Assembly: GCF_964355755.1 (NCBI RefSeq) | Contig: NC_092680.1 | Location: 6,324,001 to 6,388,000 of the forward strand | DNA from: Antedon mediterranea | Taxonomy: Eukaryota; Animalia; Echinodermata | Reading direction: 5' to 3' | DNA length: 64,000 nucleotides | Part shown: positions 44,201-56,450 of the stretch, one piece after another | Numbering within the stretch: the stretch's first letter is position 1 | Layout of the letters: every line of letters begins with the position of its first letter | The notes under the pieces: generated by a model | The model's input: only the letters and a program-made list of their open reading frames with translations | What the model was told of the DNA's origin: nothing | Database searches by the model: none | Translations under genes and position numbers: made by a program

Positions 44201-44689
44201 TTTTCTCTGAGAATACAGAAGCTCTTTTTATTCCGTAATATTAGGTCCAAGAGGAGACACTAGTGACACAATTGTACCGGCGGCACTGAGTGCATCTGGT
44301 TCGCCTGGACCCCCTGGTCCACCAGGTAAAAGATATTTATAACTACAAGTAGGCCTAGTAAAACTAATACTAATGTTAGTTAAAAAATGATTTGACATAG
44401 ACCTACAACAGTTTGAATTAAAAGAAATTGCACGGATTATACATAGTTGTTTATTTTTCCCCTAACGAATGTTGCTTTATTTATGTTATTATTTGTAGGT
44501 CCACCTGGTCGTGACGGCATTGGACGTCCAGGTGAGGACGGACGACGTGGTTCACCAGGACCGGTTGGGCAGCGTGGTCCTATTGGACCAAGAGGGACAG
44601 AAGGGTCACCTGGCTACTGTAGATATTGTTCATATGGACCATCTAATTTAGCAGCATATTATCCATACGCAGTGAATGTTAAAGGATAA
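23296..44689 (+). CDS. FACIT / collagen IX alpha-like chain with N-terminal TSPN (LamG-like) domain, 34 coding exons
   Basis: Exons 23296-23306, 30150-30214 (signal peptide [25 protein letters not shown]), 30639-30677, 31207-31336, 32598-32825, 34791-34980, 35243-35323 (TSPN: FDII.AF...SYKI...[17 protein letters not shown]...[13 protein letters not shown]...VYVDC...LQWMMVHC...C.EL), 35967-36017, 36147-36227, 36402-36428, 36793-36828, 36969-37004, 37234-37299, 37499-37567, 37776-37829, 38146-38235, 38568-38624, 38905-38949, 39153-39206, 39345-39398, 39751-39804, 39966-40019, 40332-40385, 40571-40624, 40811-40918, 41202-41300, 41516-41623, 42168-42239, 42474-42587, 42753-42899, 43155-43209, 43758-43952, 44245-44325, 44499-44689. 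All GT-AG and frame-consistent; Gly-X-Y exons are mostly multiples of 9 nt; ends GYCRYC...NVKG*. Confidence 0.92.
29040..29135. mobile_element. DINE-1/Helentron-associated-like relic with (ACCR)n microsatellite
   Basis: accgaccgaccaaccgacc... run followed by the hairpin end tagagtcgcgt-ttgc-acgcgactgaaa. Confidence 0.45.
29650..29960 (+). mobile_element. 3' fragment of an RTE-X-like LINE
   Basis: Translates as [51 protein letters not shown], typical of the RTE-X ORF2 C-terminus, followed by a ggat....tccgaaataaa A-rich tail. Confidence 0.65.
30701..30852. mobile_element. MITE family A copy
   Basis: agctctgtctacactatcaaact...catatatggacatgatgtcatatcactacc...agtttgatagtgtag; preceded by TAA. 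Confidence 0.75.
35401..35537. mobile_element. MITE (family also seen at about 47890-48065)
   Basis: TIRs aggcttagttatttacccg / cggttaaataactaagcct; internal gttatcgctaacttt has a reverse-complement relative at 47925-47940. Confidence 0.6.
41341..41448. mobile_element. MITE family A copy (5'-degenerate)
   Basis: ccatatttgggcatatcaca...tttgtcaaact.gtttgatagtgtagaca.agct followed by TAA. Confidence 0.65.
41864..41902 (-). ncRNA. Minimal type I hammerhead ribozyme motif (Penelope-like)
   Basis: Minus strand ugca-CUGAUGA-a-GGGC-uaguguu-GCCC-GAA-AGCU-C-ugua: intact core, 4-bp GC stem II, palindromic stem III, UC cleavage site, 4-bp stem I. Confidence 0.6.
43625..43725 (-). mobile_element. tRNA-derived SINE fragment (CORE/V-like)
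   Basis: tgggtggag...gtgagtaaagtgtcttgc..aagga...ggattcgaacccacgatctc is the reverse of a B box plus a ttgggcaagacactt-like domain. Confidence 0.5.
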
Positions 44690-45004
44690 CAATAACATAA
44701 TCGATAATTGATCAGAACATAATGATAATAATTGAAAATTAATAATCAGTACTCATATGAACAATAGTTAAATCTGTAATGGATTCTTTCCGAATCAACT
44801 GCAAACATATTCAAACGTTAGCTGACTATACGTGTTGTTTATTATAATAGTCTTAAACATTTTTTTCAACCATTTTATCATAGTATAGTTTAGAAATCCC
44901 GGTGTAGGCTTATGATACTATGCTATAGGTTATTGCATGGAGAATAATTGAACAAAACAAAAGCTTTTTATTTTAAACGACACCTATTACGACCTACTGT
45001 GTTA

Positions 45005-45120
45005 AGCTCTGTCTGCATTATCACATTTTATGTGTGCCCATATAATGATGTGGTTATATCACTATCATTGGGCACATCCATTTTGTTTTGTCAAACTAGT
45101 TTGATAGTGTAGACAGAGCT
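45005..45120. mobile_element. MITE family A copy with TTA TSD
   Basis: tta|agctctgtct...gtttgatagtgtagacagagct|tta; lies about 320 bp after the collagen stop. Confidence 0.75.
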
Positions 45121-46311
45121 TTAGTATAAATTTTTCTAGAGTTTTCTTTACATACAGTCAGATTTTTAAAAGCTACAAACATGTACAGTAAACTACATTT
45201 ATAATTGTAATACAATTTTTGTAATTGATTGAAAATAAGTACTTAATACAGTATTCCATTAGTCTAGTAATGAACCATAGATTACATTCGTTTTGTAGTT
45301 AGTTGTTCTTAGGAAAAGTTTGAAAAAAATAATAGTTTCACGTCCCTTTCCTCGTTACATTTTGAAGTACCATGACCGGTCAGTTTTATAAAAAGAAAAA
45401 TTAAGCTTTCCAATGTGTGTGAAACAACATTATCATGTTGCCCCCACAGCAACAATTTATATTCCGGACTTCAAACCCTCCTGTAGGTAATTATTTAGGT
45501 ATTATTATAATAAAGTATGCTGCTTCGTTTTCGTTGCTTTCTTTTAATTGTATAAACTTGATAATATGCTGCTTGCTATACGGTATAAAACAAATAAAAG
45601 TTAAACATTGTAATTATTTTAATTCTTTATTCATTATTTGTTCACTTATGATAGATAGTATTACATAATGTTATTTCGAAATTGAACGCGATCTTTGCTG
45701 GTTTACGCCTTTTTACACGATGGATCATCTAACCTTGTGACACCGTGTCTCATCAGCTTCGTGCATTCATTTATTTACCAGGAACCAATGTTCATGTTTC
45801 ACATTAGTTTGTGGTGTGACGTAATAGTCACATGAATATTAATCTATAGTTCTGCTTTCAAAAACTTGTACAGTGTTTTGCAATTATCGCCCGGCAACTG
45901 ATATTGTCATTTTTAACGTGTAGTAGTGTCCAAATATTATTCGTTCCAAAATCAATGACTATTTCAAACTTAATATTAAAATCAAACAATACGTAAGTAG
46001 TTGTATATACTTTCTGGGTAGAGATAATATGTAAACAAACGTGTAACCAAGCAGAGTTTGTACGAATTATCAAACAAAGTCACGAATTATCGAATAGTTC
46101 GTTTACCTTGATATAGTTCCTGCACAAGTTTAGTGAGTGATTGATTGTTAGCTCAACAACAATCGTTCACGTGCGTAATTTTTTTTAAAGGATGACGTCG
46201 ACCTATCCTTAGGTACATAGTGCAGCACTATAGATAAAAAATACGACCGTGTATACATTCATCTACAGTATATTGCTGTCTCTGAACCAACTATCAGTGA
46301 TTATATGCAGA

Positions 46312-49300
46312 ATGGGTCAACGGTTAATAATCAAATTCTTCTTAATTTCTGCTTTTTGTATAATTAGTATACTTGCTAAAGATAGGGTGTACTACGTGGG
46401 TAGCGTCGAAGAGTACTGGGACTACGCACCGTTAGGAATCAACAACATCACAGGCAAACCGTTCGCCAATGGAAGGTCAGTATAAAGTAGATCCGTTAGA
46501 CCTAAATGTTCTTTCTTTCGGCCATATCTAAGAACCCTTTTATTTGCTTAAATTCGCTGTAGGCGGCTATTATCTAGGCCGATCACGATCAATCGAAATG
46601 GCAAGTTGTAGTTTTAACGGCGAAATAAACCGTCTGCGAAAACACGGTAGATAAACTTTCATTTTGGAAGAACGTCGATCGTTATAGGTCCATAGGTCCA
46701 GGTATAGGCCCATGTACGTCCAATTTTACTGATTAATTTATAGTCAAAGTTGATGATATGTCTATGTCGTAATGAACATTTGGTCAATAATGGTAATTTA
46801 GTCCCATTGGGACGATAGTTGTACTGAATCAAAATACTACGTCTGTCTTGGTAATACTATAACACATGGATTTTAGTTTTCGATGTTTAGGCCTAAGTGT
46901 ACAAATTCGTCATTTTTTTCTATTATCTTATTGTTTTGCTCTTTATAATATTTCTTTCTCTGTCAATAGCATTGAATCATTCTATTTGGAACCAGCTTCA
47001 AATCGAATTGGTAGAGTTTACAAGAAAGCTGTGTACAGAGAATTCACGGATGAAACATACGAAACCCAAATTGAGCCTCCGCCATGGTTGGGTTTTACAG
47101 GACCGGTCCTAAGGGGCGAGGTTGATGACGTCATTGTTATTCATTTTAAAAACTTGGCATCAGAACACTCTTATACAATGCATCCCCATGGTGTTTTTTA
47201 TGAAAAGTCATCTGAAGGTTTGTTTTCATAATTTTACACACAAAAATGTCATTTTATTTGTTTTGAACATCTTTTTATTGCAACTCTCAATATATGTAAC
47301 TAAACATAATAACATATAGTTATATATAATACGTGTCATAATGATAATAATGATGCAGTGGTGTATATTTAAAATAATTATTATATAATTGTTTAATTGT
47401 TCACATAATTATAGTAGGCCTACGGCATAATAAATGTGTCACCTAGTTTATCAAACATAATTAGATAGATATAATTCTCTATTTTACGTTTTAAGTTCAA
47501 CAAATTGATTAAATAAAAAATGTGTTTTTTCCAGGTGCGCTTTATAAGGACGGTACAACAGGTGACGATAAAAAGGATGATTTAGTAAAGCCAGGTGAAA
47601 CGCATACATACAGGTGGGAAGTACATCCACGAACAGGGCCTACGAAAGACGGCAGTAATTGTATTCCATGGGTATATCATTCTCACCATGAGAGTGTCAG
47701 TGAAGAGGCGGCCGGGTTGGTCGGAACAATCATTGCTTGTCGGAAAGGTATTTATTTCTTATAGTATAAATATTATTGGCTATCTAAAGAATTCTTTGAT
47801 TTTGAAATGTGCATTAACCCTTATGGTGAAGTGATTATAATAGCAGACGGTATTTATGACTTGATCGAGTGCTGGATAGTATCTCGTCCGTTATTTACCC
47901 GGGTAGGTGGGTCGCTGATCACTAAAGTTAGCAATGACTGTACATGAAACCAACGAAAAATGCTGGTGTATTATCTTGGGCCGTACCCCGGGCCGTACGC
48001 GAACCGTAGGCCTACAGGTTATTTAACCGGGTAAGTTAATTGGTTTCCTGGGTGGGTAAACTTACTTTGTAGGTTTAATAATAGTTCAATTTTTGATTGA
48101 GTGATTGATTAATAATTTATTTAGTTACTTTATTATGATAAACTTCTGTTTAATCCATGTCGTTAGGAACACTTAGCGATGATGGACATTCAAGAAAAGA
48201 CATCGATAACGAGTTTGTTCTTCTGTTTACTGTAACAGACGAAAATCTAAGCGTTTATTCCGAAGATAATTTTAATGAATTTATTAAAGATGATTCTATG
48301 GATCAAGGTTTGTTGAAATTCAGTAGGCCTACCAGGCTGTACTATTTTTTGCGAATTGAAATCATTTTGCTACAATGGCATTACGTTTATCAATGAAATA
48401 GAATTCTTCTTTTGATAAAGGGGTATTATAAATACATAATGTCAATGTTTAAACATACAATAAGATAATTGAAGCAGAAACATGCAGACTTTGTGTAAAA
48501 GGCACAGGGCATGAAGTGTAGTAACTAGAAATCATGTATATGTCCGATAAAAGACAACACTACAGACTAGAAACTTTTAAAACAAAATTGTATGTAAGTG
48601 ATTTTTCGCCAGTAAATCAAATACTGTAGAACTAATATTACACACTGTTAAATGAAAACTTAAGAACCCTATGCCTAAAAAGGGGGTTCACTAAATATAT
48701 TGGGCGTGCTATTTCCCCATTGATTTATAATAGGAGGAAGTGTCCCTTAAAAGCAAATTATGGCTTCTACTTTATTATGATGGAAAGCTACAATTACTGT
48801 GTATCGATACCTTTTCAGAGGACGAGGATTACGTAGATAGCAACATGATGGACAATATAAACGGCTATATGTACGGAAACCTTCCGGGACTTGAGCTATG
48901 TTATGGAGATACAGCAGATTGGTACATCATGGTGTTTGGTACAGAACAAGATATTCATACTCTAAATTTCAATGGGAATTTTCTGGTAAATAATGTCATT
49001 CTACACTATGATTATGAAATATGGTTATTTTTAGCGTCAATTTTATGTGGTGGAGCAAAACATCTATGCAACTCTGTCTATACTATCAAAAACTAATTTG
49101 ACAAATAAAGTGTGATGTGTCTAATATGCCCAACTATGGTAGTAATATAACATCATCATATCCATCACATTTTTTGTCACATAAAACTTGATAGTGTAGA
49201 CAGAGCTTAATACTTTGTTTATGACTAAGAACTATCCGGTTGTAAAAATAATGCCTCTACGCTAGTAATTCAACTTTAGACATGATCTACAAATGCATTG

Positions 49301-52300
49301 AATCATGTGCGAACATATGAGATGGTAAAATATTGTAACCGATTTAATTTTACAGGAATATAAAGGACGACGTGTTGATGGACTTGGGGCATCCCCAGGC
49401 TCTATGGTGACGGCAACTATGTATGCAGCTAACCCTGGTACTTGGTTAGTTGATTCAGGAGTTACACGGCATTACACGGGTATGATGTTTATAGTTTTAC
49501 ACAACATAACATAAATGTATACAGAACATTTAGTAAATTAATGAATACAATTGTGTGAGGCTATAATCTGTATGCATATTCGTTTTTTCACATCTACAGT
49601 ATATTGAAATGATTCAATTTTTCCGATTGACTGTTGTTTCTGAAATGCGCTTTCTGTGAAACGTTTGTATATCATGATCATTGATGCTCTGTTTCGCAAT
49701 GCATAAAAAACATTTAAGAATATTGATAATAATAATCATGTTATTTGAGTGAGTGGCCGAGCGGTTAAAACAGTGGAACCATAATTACGTAGCCATAACA
49801 TCGGCAGGGGTTCGATATTCACTCCATGGTTCTGGTAGAACGAGTCTTCTCGGATGGACTATAAACCGTAGATCCAATGTACATAATATTTCAATTAAAC
49901 TTTGTTTTTAAATCCTCGTCTTTTTTTTCAAATAGCTGGATCATTGGCCCTGTATACGGTTTCGAGTGAATGCGGAACTACAGAAATAGACGGTGAACTA
50001 AATGATAAAGTCAGAGAATATTATATATCCGCAGAAGATGTGGAATGGAACTATGCACCTACTGGAATGGATATGTTTAACGGTGGTGACATTACGGATC
50101 CAAATAAGTAAGACCAAATAAACGTAATAATAAGCCCGGTAAACAATAAGACTAAGTCTATAAATTGCCGTCTGCAGTTCGGCATACAATTTGCAAAATA
50201 GTAGTTATGATAATAAGGCCTATTGCATCTATCTGTTTAATGTGGGAAAACAATTTCTTTTGATAGGGACAGTGCAATATTTTTTAACCAAAGCGAAAGT
50301 CGCATCGGTGGCACCTACATAAAAACTAGATACTTTGGCTACACAAGCGAAAGGTTCGATGAGAAGATCACAAGAAAACCAGAGGAAGAGCACATGGGGT
50401 TGTTAGGCCCTGTAATTCGTGCTGAAGTTGGCGAAACTATTCGGGTTATTTTTAAAAATATGGCTTCTCAACCATTGACTATTCATCCACATGGAGTATT
50501 CTATGACAAAAATAATGAAGGACAACTCTACTCTAGTTCAGGTATGGTACTGGTGATAACACTACCCCGAGTACACCTTCAAATTTAGAACAAATATATC
50601 AAGTAGAGTAACCTGTCCACTTATTCTACAGTTATGTATAATTATGTATTATCAGTGACTGGTTTCAATTTCAAGTTTAACGTAAAACATTTAGTTTCTT
50701 CACGTCATAAACTATTACAATAATATTAATAAATAAGGTACTTATATAAGGTGGTAGGTAAGTATTGAATTTCAAATAATTTATTTCGATAAGTGTATAT
50801 AAAATAAAATATCATTACTTTTTTATTTTTAAATTTCACAACATTTTTTCCCTCTATTTTCTCTTATCTTATATTTATTAGCAACAAATACACCTTAAAA
50901 TACAAGAAAGTGTAAAAAGAAAGATAATAATCAACGAAAGGCAAATTGTGTTCAAACATACAATAAATAAAATTGTCAAAATATTAATAAATATTACCAA
51001 TAATAGTAATATATGTACAGCTTATTAATGCACAAATACAGGCCCAATAATTATTTCATTTTTTTTGTCATCAGAAAACATTGAGTGCAATTACGTAACG
51101 ACGAATATGACATGTAATTATACATGGACCATCCCAACATTTATTGCACCTACTTCTCTTAACGAAGACTGCGTTACTTGGATGTACTACTCGGCTGTAG
51201 ACCCACGCATGGATTTGTTTACGGGTCTTGTTGGCCCACTTGTCATCTGCAAACCGGGAACTTTGGATAGCAATGGATCTAAGGTTATTTATGTTCTGTT
51301 TGACTTTTATGTTATTAATGTTCGTGCAAGTATGTAAACATGTTATCTGAGACATTGCACATTATTCATGTTCATTTTACTTCAAAGAAGGGCAAAGGTG
51401 TAAGTTCTCTGAAATTCATTTCCATTCTGTTTATTTTTCAATGTTTAGGGGCTGAATTTGGTTAGTTTTAACTATGTTTATCCCTTCCCTTGATATGTTT
51501 TATTTATGTTACAATGTTTATACTTTATATGTGTGGATACTTAAAAGAAAGAAAGAATACTTTGTTTAAACTATATACTGGTTGACTGAAGCTGGCCTTT
51601 TCTTCCCGTAAAATAGATAGCCTATCTTAAAATTAAAGGTCTTAGTGTGATACCAGCTAACATAAAAATATATATTTTTACAATCATTTACACTGGCTAT
51701 TATTTTATATTTTAATTTGTAATAGAACACCAAGGTCGATTATGAATATTTCCTGTTCTTTACAACGTTTGATGAGAATTTAAGCTACCATATTGACGAA
51801 AATATTGCGACTTACTGTAATGGCGTTGACAAGGAGGAAGATAACTTTATTTTGTCAAATCAAATGGCATGTGAGTATTAAACCGTATATCCTATGTTTC
51901 CGTATTGAGAATATGCTTTCCACAATGCTTCTCCTTACCTGCATATTTATTTTTTATACTGAATGTAAGATATATTGAGATCTGTTTTTATATGTTTTCA
52001 TTATGATAGATTTAAATTTAAAGCATTTGTCGGGTATCAAGATAAATTCCTGTTTTAATTTCATGAAATTTATTTTTAAAAATGTAATATAATTTGTACT
52101 ACTGTATAGCAATAATTCATGTATTTCAAGCGTGTGTACTAAATCGTTCAATAACATTCAAGTTTCAATAAACATTTATTTTAAAATGATCATTTTTTTT
52201 CATTACAAACAATATTATAACAATAAACAATAATCAACAATCAACAAGACCATTTTAAGGATCAAAATTAGAAGTTAAACTTGTCTCCAAATGACCTCAC

Positions 52301-55300
52301 CCCCCCCCCCCCCCTCCCACCACCCTACAAAAAAAAATAGAAGAGAAGAGAACATAACGGTACCGTTAACACAACACATAAAATGCATTGAAATTAAATA
52401 ACATACATAATGTTATATAATTCAAGCAATTAATGGCTATTCGTACGCAAACCTTCCCGGGCTGGACGTTTGCGTCGGTGGTAACGTCATGTGGCATCTT
52501 ATGGGACTTGGTAAAGAAACGGATGAAAACACCGTCTATTTCCACGGCCATACATTTCTGAACGAAGGCACGAGGTCCGATACTGTCGTCATATTTCCGG
52601 GTATTCAGCGAACAATTACAATGCAGACGTCTGAAATTGGTATGTACTAAATATCTGTATCTGAAACAGGTTTGACACAGGCCTACATTTGAAAATCCCA
52701 CTTGTAGGCGCAATAATTTTGTTTATATATAATGTGTGCGCCGTATACCAATTGACACAAGCAAATAAGTCTTCTTAAATAAAGACTGCCAAGCTCCACC
52801 TGCTAAGATACTAATAATTCAACAGTATAGCATGGTGACCATTACACTCAGCATTCACTTGCTTTGAACAAACTTCCCTCAGTCTAAATAATAATTGCTA
52901 CCGACGTGAGGTTGGGGTAGAGATTCTATCAACAGAGCATTTACAAATGGAAATAAATGTTTATTATTTTTTTTTAAAGGAAAGTGGGCAATTGAATCGC
53001 AAACATATGATCATTTTACTAATGGCATGGAAGCTATATATAATGTTTCCAGATGCAGTGGGTCTAGTGATACGAACGAATTCAGTGGTATAGAGAGGCT
53101 GCACTATGTAGCGGCAATTGAGGTGGAATGGGATTATTCTGAGGATATGTACGACGGGATTCATGATGTTCCATTGACTGATCCGTTAAGGTGAAATACA
53201 ATTTCATTATTACAATTATCTAATTTCATTCATTGCTAGACTTTGGTCTCATCTCCGCAAAGGCGCTTCTTCGGGTCTAGGCCTGAAATTTTTAAAGTAT
53301 AAGTGCAATTAAGGACCTAGCAGCTCTATTTTTCAAAATGTTCCTAGCTCAGCCCAACCCTGGATGAGTGTTGCCAAAGTGCGAGCCAGCGAGGCATGCA
53401 TTTCATGCGGAGCCATCGTGACGGTAATTTTGATATTGGTTCAATTCATAAAACAATTACAATAATGAATCATTAAGCTAACCGGTCATCTTCTTTATAG
53501 CTAGAGTAATACTAGTTTCGTTCCCTCAAAATGACGTTCATGAAAATGCATTCAGGGAGAGCACGCCATAATCTTTTTTTTTCTGTAGCTTCGCCAACTG
53601 TATTCGATCTCATAATTGTTATATTTAGCCCCTCAATTTTAAGCAACATAATGTCAGAAATTTTGGAAGACGTCGATGTCTAGACGAACTTCTGCATTTC
53701 CAATTTTCGCACCAGCCTCTGGGTCCACACGATCCGTATTTGCATGGCAGTACCATGTCCCATTTAGCAAAGTAAACATTGACAGACTGAGTTATATGAT
53801 GAATTATTACACGACTAGTCTGCCGATTTTTATTGATTTTGTATATCGAGTCGTGCATTTATTATTTTCGCTAGTCCTCACGATTAGGTGTACAATTGCA
53901 CGTGACCATTTTGCGTAGTGTGTACCATGCCGATATATTCGGGACGTTCAAGGCTCTCGTATTATCTTTGTGGTGTGCGGTTTTAAATTAACCCAGTGCA
54001 TCTTTTGGAAGAGTTGGGGTTACCCGGGTGTACTGGTCCATCTCAGCCTCTGTCGTGGAAGGACGGATGACTGCCGTTCGGTGGCAGCTGTAAGTAAAAC
54101 AGAAGAAAGTTGTCGTCCTCCATACCTGGTCTTAATTCAGTTCTCAGTTGACTACAAGTAAAAATAATACATTTCGGTTAGATGTTATGTGTTACGTCTT
54201 TTTGTTTTTAGTAATGGATATGTATTTGTGAATCGTGATAACAGTTTCATCGGGCACAAGTATAAGAAAGCTGTATTCCGTGAATTTACCGACAGTACGT
54301 TCACAGTAGAAAAGCTAAGAGGTCCTGATGAGGATTACCTTGGAATGATTGGACCTCTTTTACGGGCAAATGTTGGCGATAAATTTAAGATTTTGTTCAA
54401 AAATCTTGCGAGCTATCCAAGAAAATATTCGTTTCATGCACACGGCGCTGCCCATAACAAAACGAACGAAGGGTCTCTGTACAATGATGGTATCAATAGT
54501 AAAGGTGATGGAATCTTACCAGGTGAGACGTACATGTATGAGTGGGTTGTCCCGGCTACTTCTGGGCCATCTGAAACCGATTCGAGCTGCGTCACCTGGG
54601 CGTATTACTCCAGTGTTAACCCTGTTCGAGACATAAACTCTGGACTTATAGGACCACTGATCGTCTGTAAACCTGGAACAGTTAATAAAGACGGGTTTCG
54701 GACAGACGTTGATCGAGAATATGCGGTCCTCTTTACTGTGTTAGATGAAAATAAAAGCTGGTATTTGGACGAGAACATAAACACATACTGCTTTACTCCA
54801 TCAAGCGTAGATAAAGCAGATGGAGTTTTTGAAGAAAGTAATCTGATGCACGGAATAAATGGTCGGTTATATGGAAACCTTCGTGGAATTGAAATGGTTG
54901 TCGGTGAACGAGTCGACTGGTATATCATCGGTGTAGGTAATGAGGTAGACGTGCATTCTGTGCACTTCCACGGACAGACAGCCACATTCAAGCATGCTAC
55001 AGAGCAAAATGTGGATGTTTTCGAGCTATATCCAGGTAGGTTTAATTTTGCAATTGAACAGATGATAAGTCACTTGAACCATCTGGCGTATAATATACAC
55101 GATTAAAATATAGTTAGTGAACCCTACGGATGAGACACCTTCCGAACATGACAAAGTGTCCTCTTAATAGATTTATCCCTAGTTAATTTAATTTGTTACG
55201 ATGTCTCCTGTACATATTAATGTAATCAGTTTTGTTCTTCATTGTTGTAATTTTCCATTAAAGGTGTTTTCCAGACAATGGAGATGTTAGCTGATGATCC

Positions 55301-56171
55301 AGGTAGATGGTTATTGCACTGTCACGTGAATGATCATTTAGCGGCTGGAATGGAAACTACGTATATAGTTTACGAAAAACCGAGTAAGTCTACACAAGAT
55401 TATCAAAATATAAAACATGCATCTACATTCCTAATAGTAATGTAATGTAAAGAAACAAAGTTCTAAGTTAAAACTGAATAAATAAATTCTTGAAATCAAC
55501 TGCTGCTAAAAAAAAAAGATACTATCGCTTGTTAATACATTTTACATCCAGATTTAGAGAAACTTTAAACCGCCCAGAGACTATATTATAGTCAACATTT
55601 ATGAACCGATATTCGAATCCGGGATCTTCTTCTTAATCAGATATCCTACCATTACGGTTGTAATACAACATGTACAATATTGTTCAAGCCTGTTTTCCTG
55701 TTGACGTTATTCGACGCTATAATCATCGTTGATCATTAACAGTTCAACGCGAAACGATCAAGTTGAAGTGATAACGATAACGAGTACCTTTTCCTGTAAA
55801 TCGTTTTCATTTCAATGTTTACGTAGAAGATCGCCGATTATTGTCAACGATAGCGTCGACTGACGTCGACAGGAAAACAGGCTTAAGTGTACGTGTATGT
55901 GGTATATTCCACGATTTCATGTTATTACGATGTGTTTTAATTGCTCTCTTCTTTCAATTTAGCTTCTCCACCAGTAACTACTCAGAAACCTATTCCAATC
56001 AAAGAAGATGATGATAATGTTGGTTTGATCGTTGCAGTTTCAATAGTTAGTGTATTGTTGCTTGTAAGTGTTATTATCAACATTTTGTTGTTCCGTAGAA
56101 CACCAACAAAGGAAGAATCAGTCAATTACAATAATAGGGGACAGACCAACAATGCATATACTATGTCATAA
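46312..56171 (+). CDS. Hephaestin-like membrane-anchored multicopper oxidase (ceruloplasmin family, six cupredoxin domains plus TM)
   Basis: Exons 46312-46475 (signal peptide, [16 protein letters not shown]), 46970-47217, 47535-47747, 48167-48307, 48819-48985, 49356-49479, 49936-50107, 50267-50541, 51075-51283, 51726-51870, 52427-52639, 52980-53190, 54212-55035, 55264-55383, 55963-56171. Motifs [33 protein letters not shown]; C-terminal [29 protein letters not shown]. Confidence 0.94.
49070..49207. mobile_element. MITE family A copy (opposite orientation)
   Basis: actctgtctatactatcaaa...ttgatagtgtagacagagct|taa. Confidence 0.7.
49747..49885 (+). mobile_element. 5' half of the Deu-domain SINE
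   Basis: gagtgagtggccgagcggttaaaacagtggaacc.taattacgtagccataacatcggcaggggttcga...gagtcttctcggat..ggactataaaccgtag.tcca matches the head of the 1990-2298 element. Confidence 0.75.
53960..54060 (+). mobile_element. Old Deu-domain-like SINE relic
   Basis: ttaacccagtgcatcttttggaagagttggggttacccgggtgtactggtcc resembles the Deu-like segment of the other SINEs. Confidence 0.35.
55687..55883. mobile_element. Palindromic MITE, Harbinger-like
   Basis: TIRs agcctgttttcctgttgacgt..ttcgacgctat / atagcgtcgac.gacgtcgacaggaaaacaggct. Confidence 0.72.
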
Positions 56172-56378
56172 TAAGTTTAATTTAATGAAATGAAATACGG
56201 TAGTTTCTTACTGTAAACTTGACAGTTGTGTATAATTTCAAATGAAGTGCGAGTAAACATTATATTTTTTATTTTTAATTATTATCTTTTAGTAACATTT
56301 AGTTGTATAAGATGTATAATAATTTTACATTATTCCTTTAGTAAGTTATGTAAGTTCTATATATTGCTATATATACCT

Positions 56379-56382
56379 TATG

Positions 56383-56448
<66 letters not shown>
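56379..56448. repeat. (TA)n microsatellite
   Basis: About 30 TA units. Confidence 0.95.
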
Positions 56449-56449
<1 letters not shown>

Positions 56450-56450
56450 T

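Noticed and set aside
46285-46305. CAGUGA in the hephaestin 5' UTR as a possible iron-responsive element
   Set aside because: Flanks (actat / ttata) do not form the 5-bp upper stem and the bulged C is missing.
54349-54991. Overlapping ORFs in the large hephaestin exon
   Set aside because: Alternative-frame and antisense shadows.
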